IMG/VR virus record: IMGVR_UViG_3300033073_001332
Location: 96,001-160,000 of that record
From: a virus
Lineage: Duplodnaviria > Caudoviricetes
Length of the DNA: 64,000 bases
Direction: 5' to 3' (one strand)
Shown here: positions 50,723 to 61,452 of the stretch, in pieces
How the letters are laid out: every line of letters begins with the position of its first letter
Numbering within the stretch: the stretch's first letter is position 1
The notes under the pieces: model-generated
Told to the model about the DNA's origin: nothing
The model's database searches: none
What the model saw: the letters and a program-made list of their open reading frames with translations, nothing else
Program-made: the position numbers and the translations under genes

Positions 50723-51670
50723 ATGGAAAAAATATTAACAGAAAATCCTGGTCGGTTCGTCATCTTCCCAATTGAACACAATGATATTTGGGAATTTTAC
50801 AAACAACACCAAGCTGCATTTTGGACGGCAGAAGAAATTGACTTAACCAATGACATCAGAGATTGGGAATCGCTTACCGAAAATGAACAATATTTTGTTA
50901 AAAATGTTTTATCATTTTTTGCGGCGTCTGATGGTATTGTGAATGAGAATCTAGCAGAAAACTTCTATAGAGAAGTTCAGTATCCTGAAGCTAAATTCTT
51001 TTACGGAATGCAATTAGCGATGGAAAACATTCACTCACTTATGTATTCATTGTTGATAGATACATACATTAGTAATCCGAAAGAAAAAGACGAATGTTTC
51101 AATGCGATTGATAGGTTACCTGCGGTACAAAAGAAAGCTAAGTGGGCATTAGAATGGATTGAAAACGCATCATTCGCAGAAAGATTAGTTGCATTTGCTG
51201 CGGTTGAAGGTATATTCTTTTCAGGTTCATTCTGTTCAATTTTTTGGTTAAAGTCACGTGGAATAATGCAAGGGTTGTGTAATGCAAACTCACTTATCTT
51301 TAAAGATGAAAATCTACATTGTGATTTTGCAATTCACTTATTGAATAATCACGTAGAAAAAAGACCATCAGAAAAAAGAATAAAAGAAATTATTTTGTCA
51401 GCATTAGAAATTGAAAAGGAGTTCATTACAGAATCTTTACCTGTTTCCTTAATTGGGATGAACTCTAATTTAATGAAACAATATTTAGAGTTTGTTGTTG
51501 ATGGATTACTTGTAAAACTTGGATGTTCTAAAGAATTTAATGTTGAACAACCTTTCAAATTTATGGAACAAATCGCAGTTGAAACTAAAGGAAATTTCTT
51601 TGAATCAAGAACGGTTGAATACCAAAAGGCAAAGTTAAACGAAACCATAACATTCACAGACGATTTTTAA
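50723..51670 (+). CDS. nrdB: Class Ia ribonucleotide reductase beta subunit
   Basis: [35 protein letters not shown] and DE.LH. Confidence 0.97.
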   Translation: MEKILTENPGRFVIFPIEHNDIWEFYKQHQAAFWTAEEIDLTNDIRDWESLTENEQYFVKNVLSFFAASDGIVNENLAENFYREVQYPEAKFFYGMQLAMENIHSLMYSLLIDTYISNPKEKDECFNAIDRLPAVQKKAKWALEWIENASFAERLVAFAAVEGIFFSGSFCSIFWLKSRGIMQGLCNANSLIFKDENLHCDFAIHLLNNHVEKRPSEKRIKEIILSALEIEKEFITESLPVSLIGMNSNLMKQYLEFVVDGLLVKLGCSKEFNVEQPFKFMEQIAVETKGNFFESRTVEYQKAKLNETITFTDDF

Positions 51671-51680
51671 ATTATAAACT

Positions 51681-54110
51681 ATGTCATTAAAAATTAATAA
51701 AAGAGGTGGGGAGACAGCATCATTTAACCCACAAAAAATTTACAATAGAGTAAAAAGAGCAGCTAAAAGTCTTAGCGTAAACTCCGATGAAATATTCATT
51801 AAAGTTATCACATCGGTACCAACTGAAGGTGAGATTACCACAAAAGAGTTAGATAAGTTAATTTATGAAATTGCCGCATCATATACCGGCAGTCATCACG
51901 ATTATTCAAGATTGGCGTCTTCAGTTGCGATTTCTTCATATCATAAAGAGACAAATGATAGTTTTTCACAAACAATGATGATGTTGTATGAAGACGGAGT
52001 CATTAATGAAAAATTAATTGAAACTATTAAAGAGTACGGTGAAGACACTATCGATGCAGTAATCAATCACGATAATGATTACAATTTTGATTATTTTGCT
52101 TGGCGTTCACTACAAGAAATGTACTTGTTAAAAAGACCAAACGGTCAAGTAGTTGAAAGACCACAACATATGTATATGAGAGTTGCGTTGTGGGTAACCG
52201 ATTCTTTTGAAGCTGCCGCTGAGTACTATAAATCATTATCCAGTCAACTTATATCAAAGGCAACTCCAATAATGATTAATGCAGGTACTAAAGTTCCTCA
52301 ATTAGCGTCTTGTGTTTTACATTATAATAATTCTGATTCGAGAGAAGGATTACTTGGAACACTTAATGATATATCGACTTTCTCATCTGACGCTGCTGGT
52401 ATAGGACTATCTATGTCTAATATTCGTAGTAAAGAAAGTAGAATTTCATCTTCAGGTGGTTATGCTGGTGGTTTGTTAAAATACTTAAAAATTGTTAACG
52501 AATCCTTACGTTATTTTAACCAACAAGGGAGAAGACCAGGAAGTGCTGCAATTTATATTGAACCATGGCATAAAGATATTTTTGATTTATTAGATATTAA
52601 AAAGAATACGGGGGCTGAAGAACTTAGAGCACGTGATTTGTTTACTGCGATATGGATACCAGACAATTTCATGAGAGCGGTTAAAAACAACTCAAGTTGG
52701 TATTTGTTCTGTCCTAATGATATTGTTAAAGCAGGTCTTAAACCATTACAAGAATGTTATGGTGAAGAGTATGAAGAAATGTACAATAGAGCCGTTCAAA
52801 TGGGATTAGGTAAAAAAGTTTCAGCTCAAACAATTTGGACCAAAATTATCGAATCTCAAGTTGAGACAGGAGTTCCTTATCTATGTTCTAAAGATAGTGC
52901 TAACAAAAAGACAAATCACCAAAATATCGGTGTCATCAAACAATCAAACTTATGTAATGAGATTTACCAATATACTGATGAAGAGACCACAGCGATATGT
53001 ACTTTATCGTCTATGGTTCTTAAAAACTTTGTAGAAAGTGGTAAGTTTAATTTTGAATTACTTTTTACTGAAGTTAGAAAAGTTGTAAGAGCACTTAATA
53101 AAGTTGTAGACATCAATAACTACTCAACGGAAAAAGGTAGAAAAGGTGGATTAGAACAAAGAGCAATTGCTATCGGTACACAAGGTTTAGCCGACGTATT
53201 TTATTTAATGGATTACATTTTTACTTCTGAAGAAGCAAAAAAATTAAATAAAGACATCTTTGAAACTATCTATTACGCAGCGGTATTTGAAAGTAACCAA
53301 TTGTGTAAAGAAGGTAAGTACCAACCATATAAGTTCTTTAAAGACTCACCTATGTCAAAAGGTATTTTCCAATATGATATGTGGGGACTAAATGAAGGAA
53401 ACCTTTCAGGAATGTGGGATTGGGACAAATTAAAAGAAAACGTAAAAGAATATGGTATTTGTAATTCCTTATTTACCGCACAAATGCCTGTGGCATCATC
53501 AGCTAAAATTACAGGTTCATTTGAAATGACAGAACCAGCACACTCAGCATTATTTAATCGTCGTGTTGTTGGTGGTGAAATTATGATTGTAAACAAATAT
53601 CTAATTAATGACTTTGAGAAGATAGGTATTTGGTGTGAAGATTTGAAAAATGAAATTATATTAAATGAAGGTTCCATTCAAAATATAAATTTCAATAACT
53701 ACTTAGATAGTGAAGATAAAAACTATAATAAGAAAGTTAAAAGAATTGAACACCTCATCCCTAAATACAAAACTATTTGGGAAATTTCACAAAAACAATT
53801 AATCGATATGGCGGCAGATAGAGCCCCATTCATCGACCAATCACAATCCATGAATATCTATATGGGTAACCCAACTCTATCAAAGATTACTTCATCCCAC
53901 TTCCACGCATGGGAAAAAGGATTAAAAACTCTTTGTTATTATGTTAGAACTAAAGCGATTTCAACGGGAGCTAAACACTTGGCGTTAGATATCTCTAAGA
54001 AAGAAAAACCTAAAACTAACATTGAGACACCAACCGTAGATTATTCATATATGAATTTACCACCAAAACCCGATAATTCAGATTTCGATTGTTTTGGTTG
54101 TTCTTCTTAA
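51681..54110 (+). CDS. nrdA: Class Ia ribonucleotide reductase alpha subunit with ATP cone
   Basis: INKRGG ATP cone, SNLCNEI, MP.ASS, IDQSQS, YY and C-terminal CFGC. Confidence 0.97.
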   Translation: MSLKINKRGGETASFNPQKIYNRVKRAAKSLSVNSDEIFIKVITSVPTEGEITTKELDKLIYEIAASYTGSHHDYSRLASSVAISSYHKETNDSFSQTMMMLYEDGVINEKLIETIKEYGEDTIDAVINHDNDYNFDYFAWRSLQEMYLLKRPNGQVVERPQHMYMRVALWVTDSFEAAAEYYKSLSSQLISKATPIMINAGTKVPQLASCVLHYNNSDSREGLLGTLNDISTFSSDAAGIGLSMSNIRSKESRISSSGGYAGGLLKYLKIVNESLRYFNQQGRRPGSAAIYIEPWHKDIFDLLDIKKNTGAEELRARDLFTAIWIPDNFMRAVKNNSSWYLFCPNDIVKAGLKPLQECYGEEYEEMYNRAVQMGLGKKVSAQTIWTKIIESQVETGVPYLCSKDSANKKTNHQNIGVIKQSNLCNEIYQYTDEETTAICTLSSMVLKNFVESGKFNFELLFTEVRKVVRALNKVVDINNYSTEKGRKGGLEQRAIAIGTQGLADVFYLMDYIFTSEEAKKLNKDIFETIYYAAVFESNQLCKEGKYQPYKFFKDSPMSKGIFQYDMWGLNEGNLSGMWDWDKLKENVKEYGICNSLFTAQMPVASSAKITGSFEMTEPAHSALFNRRVVGGEIMIVNKYLINDFEKIGIWCEDLKNEIILNEGSIQNINFNNYLDSEDKNYNKKVKRIEHLIPKYKTIWEISQKQLIDMAADRAPFIDQSQSMNIYMGNPTLSKITSSHFHAWEKGLKTLCYYVRTKAISTGAKHLALDISKKEKPKTNIETPTVDYSYMNLPPKPDNSDFDCFGCSS

Positions 54111-54120
54111 TCACGACACT

Positions 54121-54150
54121 AATCCCGACACTATGTCGGGATTTTTTATT
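54121..54150 (+). terminator. Rho-independent terminator after nrdA
   Basis: AATCCCGACA-CTA-TGTCGGGATT plus T tract. Confidence 0.85.
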
Positions 54151-54195
54151 TAATAACTATTTATTGAAAATATCACGATACTATATTTATCTAAT

Positions 54196-54660
54196 ATGGC
54201 AAACGGAATAACATATGGTATACATTTCCCATTTTTACAAAGTGATAAGGGAAATTATTTAAGGTTGACTGAAACGACTGATGAAGAAATCAGAACCGAC
54301 TTGGTACATTTGTTAATGACAAGGAGAGGAACAAGATATTTTTTACCCGATTTTGGAACTAGATTATATGAATATATTTTTGAACCATTAGATGGTGCTA
54401 CGTTTGAAGAAATCAGAAGTGAAATACAAGAACAGGTTGATAAGTATATTCCTAATCTAACTATTAATAGTATTACGGTGGAACCTTATACTGAAAGTGG
54501 TGATGTTGCAGGTCAACTAGACTATGAATTGTTAGGTCAAGCAAGTATATACCGTATACCGGGAGCAAATACCGCTGAATACAGCGCAAAAATAAAAATT
54601 GACTACACAAATGACGCTAGAGCTTTTGGTAGTAGACAATTCGTGATAATCAACATATAA
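54196..54660 (+). CDS. Baseplate wedge protein, gp25-like
   Basis: L.T.RG.R...PDFGTRL..YIFEP. Confidence 0.88.
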   Translation: MANGITYGIHFPFLQSDKGNYLRLTETTDEEIRTDLVHLLMTRRGTRYFLPDFGTRLYEYIFEPLDGATFEEIRSEIQEQVDKYIPNLTINSITVEPYTESGDVAGQLDYELLGQASIYRIPGANTAEYSAKIKIDYTNDARAFGSRQFVIINI

Positions 54661-54661
54661 A

Positions 54662-56500
54662 ATGGCAAACAACAAAATTAACTATACGGACAGGGACTTT
54701 GAGGCGATAAGAACTGGTTTAATAAATTATACTAAACAATATTATCCCGAGTTAATTCAAAACTTCAACGACGCATCCGTGTTTTCAGTTTTGATGGATT
54801 TAAATGCTGCGGTTGCCGATAACTTACATTATCACATAGATAGAAGTATACAAGAAACGGTATTACAATATGCACAACAAAAGTCCTCAATTTATAATAT
54901 TGCAAGGACTTATGGATTAAAAATACCAGGATATAGACCTTCAGTTGCGGTTGTAGATATTTCAATTACGGTTCCACCTTTGGGTGACGCTGAAGATTAT
55001 CGTTACTTAGGAATTTTAAGAGCGGGGTCACAATTTAATGGTGGAGGAACTACTTTTGAAACCGTATACGACATTGACTTCTCAACTCAATATAACCAAG
55101 AAGGTGCTGTGAATAGAACAAAAGTTCCAACTTTTGATGCGAACAACAAGATTATTAATTATGTAATTACAAAAAGAGAAGTTGTAGTTAACGGTACAAC
55201 TAAAGTATTCAAAAGAGTAATTAACGCATCTGACGTTGTCCCATTCTTTAATTTCTTTTTACCTGAAAGAAATGTATTAGGTGTAAATGCGATTATCCAA
55301 CGAGATGGAACTAGTTATCCAAACGTTCCAAATTACGGAGAATTTACAACTGCTGCAGGTAAATGGTATGAAGTTGATGCTTTGGCTGAAGACACCGTTT
55401 TCATTGAAGACCCAACAAAACCTGTTGATAATGCAGGTATAAAAGTTGGTAAGTACATTAAAACGGAAAACAGATTTATTACTGAATACACACCAGAAGG
55501 TTTCTTAAAAATACAATTTGGGGGAGGAACAACAACACCTAATATACAACTAGCAAACTTTGCAAAACAAGGAATAAATTTAGATTTAGCAAATTACCAA
55601 AACAATATTGGATTAGGTTTAACGGTACAACCAAACACAACAATATTTGTTCAATATAGAACTGGTGGTGGTTTGGCGTCTAATGTTGGTGTTGGTGTAA
55701 TTAATCAAGTTGGTACTATTGATTTTGCAGTCAATGGTCCATCTGATTCAATTAACTCTAACGTATTAAATTCATTAGTAGTAAACAACGTTACTGCCGC
55801 TATCGGAGGTGCTAATCCACCATCGACTGAAGAAGTGAGAAACATGGTTGCGTTTAATTTTGCTGCACAAAAAAGAGCGGTTACGGTTAACGATTATAAG
55901 TCGTTGATTGATACGATGCCTGGAAAATTTGGAGCACCTGCAAAAGTGGCAATTACAGAAAATAATAACAAAATCACAATTCAAATCCTTTCTTACGACG
56001 GAAGTGGAAAATTAACTCAAACCGTTTCCAATAACTTAAAAACAAATTTAGCAACATACCTTTCTAAGTTCAGGATGATTAATGACTACATTAGTATTGA
56101 TGTTGCTAAAGTAGTTGACTTGGCTTTCGATATATATGTTGTTATTGAATCTAATGTTAATCAAGGACAAGTTATTACTGAAGTAATTAACCAAGTTTCA
56201 AATTACATGGCTCCTGAAAATAGAGAAATGGGTCAAAATGTTAACGTATCAGACGTAAGGAGATTGATACAAAATACCGCAGGTGTAATAAGTTTAAGTA
56301 AATTACAAGTATTCAATAAAGTTGGAGGTCAATATTCAACATCTGAAACATCACAAAGATATATTGACAAGACAACAAGAGAAATAGAATTAATTGACGA
56401 TAATATATTTGCAGAACCAACGCAAATATATCAAGTAAGGTTTGACAATAAAGACATTAGAGTGTTTGTAAAAAATCTTACATCAGTAGATTTCACATAA
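54662..56500 (+). CDS. Baseplate wedge protein, gp6/J-like
   Basis: YTDRDF..IR, I.FG.G, YRTGGG..SN, GGA and QKRAVT..DY. Confidence 0.85.
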   Translation: MANNKINYTDRDFEAIRTGLINYTKQYYPELIQNFNDASVFSVLMDLNAAVADNLHYHIDRSIQETVLQYAQQKSSIYNIARTYGLKIPGYRPSVAVVDISITVPPLGDAEDYRYLGILRAGSQFNGGGTTFETVYDIDFSTQYNQEGAVNRTKVPTFDANNKIINYVITKREVVVNGTTKVFKRVINASDVVPFFNFFLPERNVLGVNAIIQRDGTSYPNVPNYGEFTTAAGKWYEVDALAEDTVFIEDPTKPVDNAGIKVGKYIKTENRFITEYTPEGFLKIQFGGGTTTPNIQLANFAKQGINLDLANYQNNIGLGLTVQPNTTIFVQYRTGGGLASNVGVGVINQVGTIDFAVNGPSDSINSNVLNSLVVNNVTAAIGGANPPSTEEVRNMVAFNFAAQKRAVTVNDYKSLIDTMPGKFGAPAKVAITENNNKITIQILSYDGSGKLTQTVSNNLKTNLATYLSKFRMINDYISIDVAKVVDLAFDIYVVIESNVNQGQVITEVINQVSNYMAPENREMGQNVNVSDVRRLIQNTAGVISLSKLQVFNKVGGQYSTSETSQRYIDKTTREIELIDDNIFAEPTQIYQVRFDNKDIRVFVKNLTSVDFT

Positions 56501-56574
56501 GATTATTTATTTCCCAATTGTCTTACCTATTTTTTGTAAAATGGGCAAAATAACTATTTATTTTTAAAAGACGA

Positions 56575-59500
56575 ATGACCAAAAGTTATAGGATAAGAAC
56601 ACAACCAGGAACAGACAAAAACATAAGAGTTAATATCAATCAAGATTTTGACTTTTTGGAAATTCTTTCACTAAAATTAAGACAAGAGGATGTTTATACT
56701 CGTTTTTGTGCTGACTATGGTGTTGTTACAGGTAGAGTCGTTGTAAACGGAGGATATGGGGTCCCAAATGCTAATGTATCAATATTTGTTCCTTTAGATA
56801 GTGTTGATGAAAATGACCCCGTCATTTCTACACTTTATCCTTATAGAAATGTAGACCAAAAAAATGAAGATGGTTATAGATATAATCTATTACCGTATAG
56901 ACAAGAATATGCGGGACACACGCCAACAGGAACATTTCCCGATAAAGAAGATATTTTAACAAGAACTGAAGTATTAGAAGTATATGAGAAATACTACAAG
57001 TATACCGTAAAAACAAATGAAAGTGGTGACTTTATGATTATTGGAGCACCTCTTGGTATGCAAACTCTAACTTTAGATTTAGACCTTTCAAACATTGGTT
57101 GTTTTTCATTAAGACCTGCTGATTTGATAAGAGCGGGACTTGCAACACCTGAACAATTTAATGGAGACCAATTTAAATCATCTACAGATTTAAGTTCATT
57201 ACCACAATTGGTTAACATCAGACAAGACATTGAAGTAACATCTTTTTGGGGAGAAAATGAAATTTGTAATATTGGTATCACAAGAGCTGACTTTGACCTT
57301 CGTGATTTTGGAATTGAAATTAAACCTCATGCTGTTTTCATGGGGTCATTATTTTCATCCGCAGATGAAGATTACTTAAAGACAAATTGCAAACCAGGAA
57401 AAGACACAGGTAAATTATGTGATTTAGTTAGTGCTCCTGGTTCTATATTAGCTGTTAGACAAACAATTGATTACGATACTAGTGGTAGACCTATACTTGA
57501 AAGATATAACCTACCTGATGGTGGTAAGGTAATTGACGATGAAGGGACATGGTTAGTTGAAGTCCCTATGAATTTGGATTACGTCACAACCAATGAATTT
57601 GGAGAACAAGTACTATCCAATGACCCTAATGTTGGTATACCTACAAAAGGTAAATACCGTTTTAGAATTCAATATCAAAATGAGTCAGGAATGGAGAACT
57701 CTATTATGAGGGGTGATTATTTAGTTCCTAACGTAAAAGAATGGGGATGGTCATTAAATAATGACGATGAACCAACTGATTTGAATGCTCAACTTTATTC
57801 ATATGCGTTTAGTTTAGACTGGAATGATTATGGTGACGATACCACAACCATCGGTCAACAAATGATACAAGAGGCTATTGATTGTGAAGATAGGTTCTAC
57901 GAATTCAATTACAACAAGGTTTATACTATTTCTAATTTTATTGATAGATGGAAATGGGGGTCAAATAGATTAAAACATTTAGGTATAAAAGATATTACAG
58001 ATAGAACCTGTACCAATACGGTTAATAAATTTCCTGTAAACGATGGAGTTAGAAATTTTGACTTTTTGGTTTTTGTAATGAATTTGTTAATAACAATTTT
58101 GACACCAACATTTGTTAGTTTAATTACAATCTTACATGTATTGGCTCTTCTTTATCCTGTACTACGTGTTGTTATTAATGTTTTATTATGGTTAATTAAC
58201 GGGTTAATTTATAGTATATGTGTTGTGGTGGCTGCATTATCACCTAAACTTAAAAAAGAAGATTGTAAAAAACAAAATATTCAACCACTAAGTAAGGATA
58301 ATCCGTTCAAGAGAATATCACTTCCAATGATGTCATATCCTGATTGTGAAGCATGTCCTTGTGAAGATGTGGCACTTCCTGAAGATACCACAGGGTTTCA
58401 ACAAACTGCTACCGTAGTTATTTCATCTAATAACTTTAGTCCACTATCTAACTTAAACTCAATTGCTTCGTTTAGTTCATACAATAGTATTTTTGCATCT
58501 AACTCGGGTAATGCTGAAAGTTTTAATAATGGAATACGACAAGCATATGCGGGATACCAATTCCAATCACTTGGAAATAATTTTGATAAATTAATAAAAA
58601 CTCCAGTCACACAATGGCCAGGTCAAGGTGGTATAACAAGAACAGGTTATGATGTTCAGTTGGCTCAGTCTATGAACTTAGCAAACGTTAGACAAAGATA
58701 TTTTGATGGAGAAAACCATATTAGAACAACGGTAAGAAACATTAACCCATCTACAAATTTAGTTGACCCGTCAACAACTTTCGATGATAGTGTTTTAATT
58801 TTGTTATGTGACCCAGGAACAATTACTAATTTAACACCGGCTCAACTTTTAAGTTTTACAGATTTAACAACAATTAATGACCCTAACATTTCAGGACTAT
58901 CAACACCTAATCAGTTTAATACCAATAATGTAACAGGTTCAACACCATACAACCCAACGGCTTTAGTTAATAAACAAATTAATTGGATTGGTACAGGTGG
59001 TACGGTTCAAAATGGTGTTTTAAAATTAAGTATAACTGAAAACGGAAAAGAATATAAATTTAAAGCGGGTGTGGAATATTTCCAATACTTGACAGGTGGT
59101 ACAATACAACAATATTCAGGAATAACAAATACGACAGGTGGATTATTAAACAAATATCTATTCCAAAAAACACAAGCATATCAATACGGTGGGGTTGCCA
59201 ATATTGCACCACAAACTGATTACATTTACCCAATTAAATTTTTAGATGGATTCCAAGATTTAGAAATAGTAATCATATCAAGAGGTGTTGACCCATACAC
59301 AGAAAAACAAAATATTAGATATGACCTATCTAGATTGTTTGGTTATTCGTTTGGTTCAGGACCGATAATTGAAGGTAGTTACTATCTTAACGTACCAATC
59401 AAACCAAACACAGGACCAGCAACAAGTTTTTCATTCTATCCCTGGTATACGTCTTATGTTACTCCAGAAACACATAAGGTAAACGATAATACAAATACAT

Positions 59501-61452
59501 CACTATACCACCAACCTTATGGGTTTACCGTAGATAATACAAAATTTAGTTCATTTACTAATAACTCTTTGTATTACTATAACTCAACAGATAAAAGCCA
59601 AGCAATATCATTTAAAGCATTCAATTTTGACGTTAGAAACTTAGCATATTTTACAAATAACACGGGAACTATAGATAATAGTTCAGTAAACAATATATGC
59701 TTCCAATACAATCTAACGGCATCGACCGTAACTAGTCAAGGTAATATTGAAGGTGGTACAATTATAACATCTAATGTTCCTCAATCAGGCACCTTTGACC
59801 CTGTACAAAATACTTCACTGGAGGTAAGAGCAATGTCACCGGCTTATCACTTACAACAATTTACTAATGTCACTATGACAAATAATAATAGATTAGTTTT
59901 TAGGTCCGATAGGTTACCAACATCAACTTCAGTTCAAGTAAGTGGTAATTCTTCATATTCATTACATCTAAATGATAACTTTTCTATTTATTTGGTTGAT
60001 GAAGAAGGTAATGGAGTTGTTGCACCATTTGTATCATTACAGGCAACTGACACTACTAACAACTTAGCGGATTTAACTGGTGATACTGCTAATGGCATTA
60101 CTGATGCTGTTATACGTTCACTACAATGTGAAAATTTAACACTTCTTGAATGTTATAGTGGTAGTGGTACAAGTTTCGGAGTAGATGAACCGTGTGATGC
60201 TAATTTGGATAACAAAAGAGTAATGGGTGGATGTTATTATTTTGTCGATAAACCTTTGATAGTTTCAATACCTAAAGACATAAAATACTTTATAGAATGG
60301 AAAGCAAGGTTTAGAATGATGTTTGCTGCATGTAGGGGCGTATTCTCACAAGTTTTCCAAAATAATTGGGTTAATGGGACTTTATATATGTTCTCTTTTA
60401 AAAAGAAAACCATATTCAACGTTACAGGACAACCAAAAAAATATCAATTCTGTGGTAGTTATGATAGTTCATTTAGACCAGGACAAGGACCTATTTTTTA
60501 TACTGAAGGAACAACTAATTCATTATTTTATAGGTCAACACCATATAATGGAACAAACTTTATCGGACAAATCCCACAAAGTAAAACTCCACTTACTAAC
60601 CTTTCCCCTGTAAGTTTCAAAGGTATTAACACTAGAAACATATTTTTCCCAACAACCATAATGGATTTGGGACCAAGAGACCAATTTACAAAAGAAATAT
60701 GTACTAATCCACAATTTGAAGGTTACATGTTAGAAACAATGAAATCCACATCATATAATGATACATCAGACTTACTTCAATTATTTATCATTTCAAGATT
60801 GATTAATACGAACTTTTTAGGTCAGATGTTAGGGGTTGGTGACGCATCAATTAATCGAATGTTCTCAAGAAGTGAAGACAGAATTGATGGTGATATTGCA
60901 CAATTATTTAGTATTAACTCAGAATATGGTGTTGAAGGTTTCAGTGATGATGTATATGATGATGATACATTATATGTTGCCGGTTCAGGTGATGCGTTGG
61001 TTGGAGTATTCTTCACAGGTAATACCGAAAATAGAATAAAATTAACACCAGGTATAACAACTTTCTCACCAACACTTAGCAACTATTATGGTTATCCTAA
61101 AACTCAAGAAGTTCCATTTTATTTATGGAAATTAGCGTCAACAAATACAATTTTTGGTGATGATAAAAACGATTGGTCAACAGGGTTACAAGGTTCAGGA
61201 TTTTATAAACAAAAATACCAAACCATGAGTTTCTACCAAGCACCTTTCTCCAACTACTTCAATAGTACGAATTATGGTAAGAAGGGTTACATTTATAATA
61301 GTAATAGTAATGGGTATAGTGCTTCATTCCCTCCGGGTCAAAATAATAGTTTCGTAGTTGGTGCCCCATATCATTTCTATTTTGGTTTAGGAAAAGGTAA
61401 GACAGCAATCAACAGATACATAACAAAATATATTTTGAATCAAGATGTCTAA
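56575..61452 (+). CDS. Large baseplate-associated structural protein with an internal hydrophobic segment
   Basis: N-terminal GVVTGRV...G.PNA.VSIF...TNESGDF (carboxypeptidase-regulatory-like); C-terminal HFYFGL; follows the gp6-like gene. Confidence 0.55.
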   Translation: MTKSYRIRTQPGTDKNIRVNINQDFDFLEILSLKLRQEDVYTRFCADYGVVTGRVVVNGGYGVPNANVSIFVPLDSVDENDPVISTLYPYRNVDQKNEDGYRYNLLPYRQEYAGHTPTGTFPDKEDILTRTEVLEVYEKYYKYTVKTNESGDFMIIGAPLGMQTLTLDLDLSNIGCFSLRPADLIRAGLATPEQFNGDQFKSSTDLSSLPQLVNIRQDIEVTSFWGENEICNIGITRADFDLRDFGIEIKPHAVFMGSLFSSADEDYLKTNCKPGKDTGKLCDLVSAPGSILAVRQTIDYDTSGRPILERYNLPDGGKVIDDEGTWLVEVPMNLDYVTTNEFGEQVLSNDPNVGIPTKGKYRFRIQYQNESGMENSIMRGDYLVPNVKEWGWSLNNDDEPTDLNAQLYSYAFSLDWNDYGDDTTTIGQQMIQEAIDCEDRFYEFNYNKVYTISNFIDRWKWGSNRLKHLGIKDITDRTCTNTVNKFPVNDGVRNFDFLVFVMNLLITILTPTFVSLITILHVLALLYPVLRVVINVLLWLINGLIYSICVVVAALSPKLKKEDCKKQNIQPLSKDNPFKRISLPMMSYPDCEACPCEDVALPEDTTGFQQTATVVISSNNFSPLSNLNSIASFSSYNSIFASNSGNAESFNNGIRQAYAGYQFQSLGNNFDKLIKTPVTQWPGQGGITRTGYDVQLAQSMNLANVRQRYFDGENHIRTTVRNINPSTNLVDPSTTFDDSVLILLCDPGTITNLTPAQLLSFTDLTTINDPNISGLSTPNQFNTNNVTGSTPYNPTALVNKQINWIGTGGTVQNGVLKLSITENGKEYKFKAGVEYFQYLTGGTIQQYSGITNTTGGLLNKYLFQKTQAYQYGGVANIAPQTDYIYPIKFLDGFQDLEIVIISRGVDPYTEKQNIRYDLSRLFGYSFGSGPIIEGSYYLNVPIKPNTGPATSFSFYPWYTSYVTPETHKVNDNTNTSLYHQPYGFTVDNTKFSSFTNNSLYYYNSTDKSQAISFKAFNFDVRNLAYFTNNTGTIDNSSVNNICFQYNLTASTVTSQGNIEGGTIITSNVPQSGTFDPVQNTSLEVRAMSPAYHLQQFTNVTMTNNNRLVFRSDRLPTSTSVQVSGNSSYSLHLNDNFSIYLVDEEGNGVVAPFVSLQATDTTNNLADLTGDTANGITDAVIRSLQCENLTLLECYSGSGTSFGVDEPCDANLDNKRVMGGCYYFVDKPLIVSIPKDIKYFIEWKARFRMMFAACRGVFSQVFQNNWVNGTLYMFSFKKKTIFNVTGQPKKYQFCGSYDSSFRPGQGPIFYTEGTTNSLFYRSTPYNGTNFIGQIPQSKTPLTNLSPVSFKGINTRNIFFPTTIMDLGPRDQFTKEICTNPQFEGYMLETMKSTSYNDTSDLLQLFIISRLINTNFLGQMLGVGDASINRMFSRSEDRIDGDIAQLFSINSEYGVEGFSDDVYDDDTLYVAGSGDALVGVFFTGNTENRIKLTPGITTFSPTLSNYYGYPKTQEVPFYLWKLASTNTIFGDDKNDWSTGLQGSGFYKQKYQTMSFYQAPFSNYFNSTNYGKKGYIYNSNSNGYSASFPPGQNNSFVVGAPYHFYFGLGKGKTAINRYITKYILNQDV

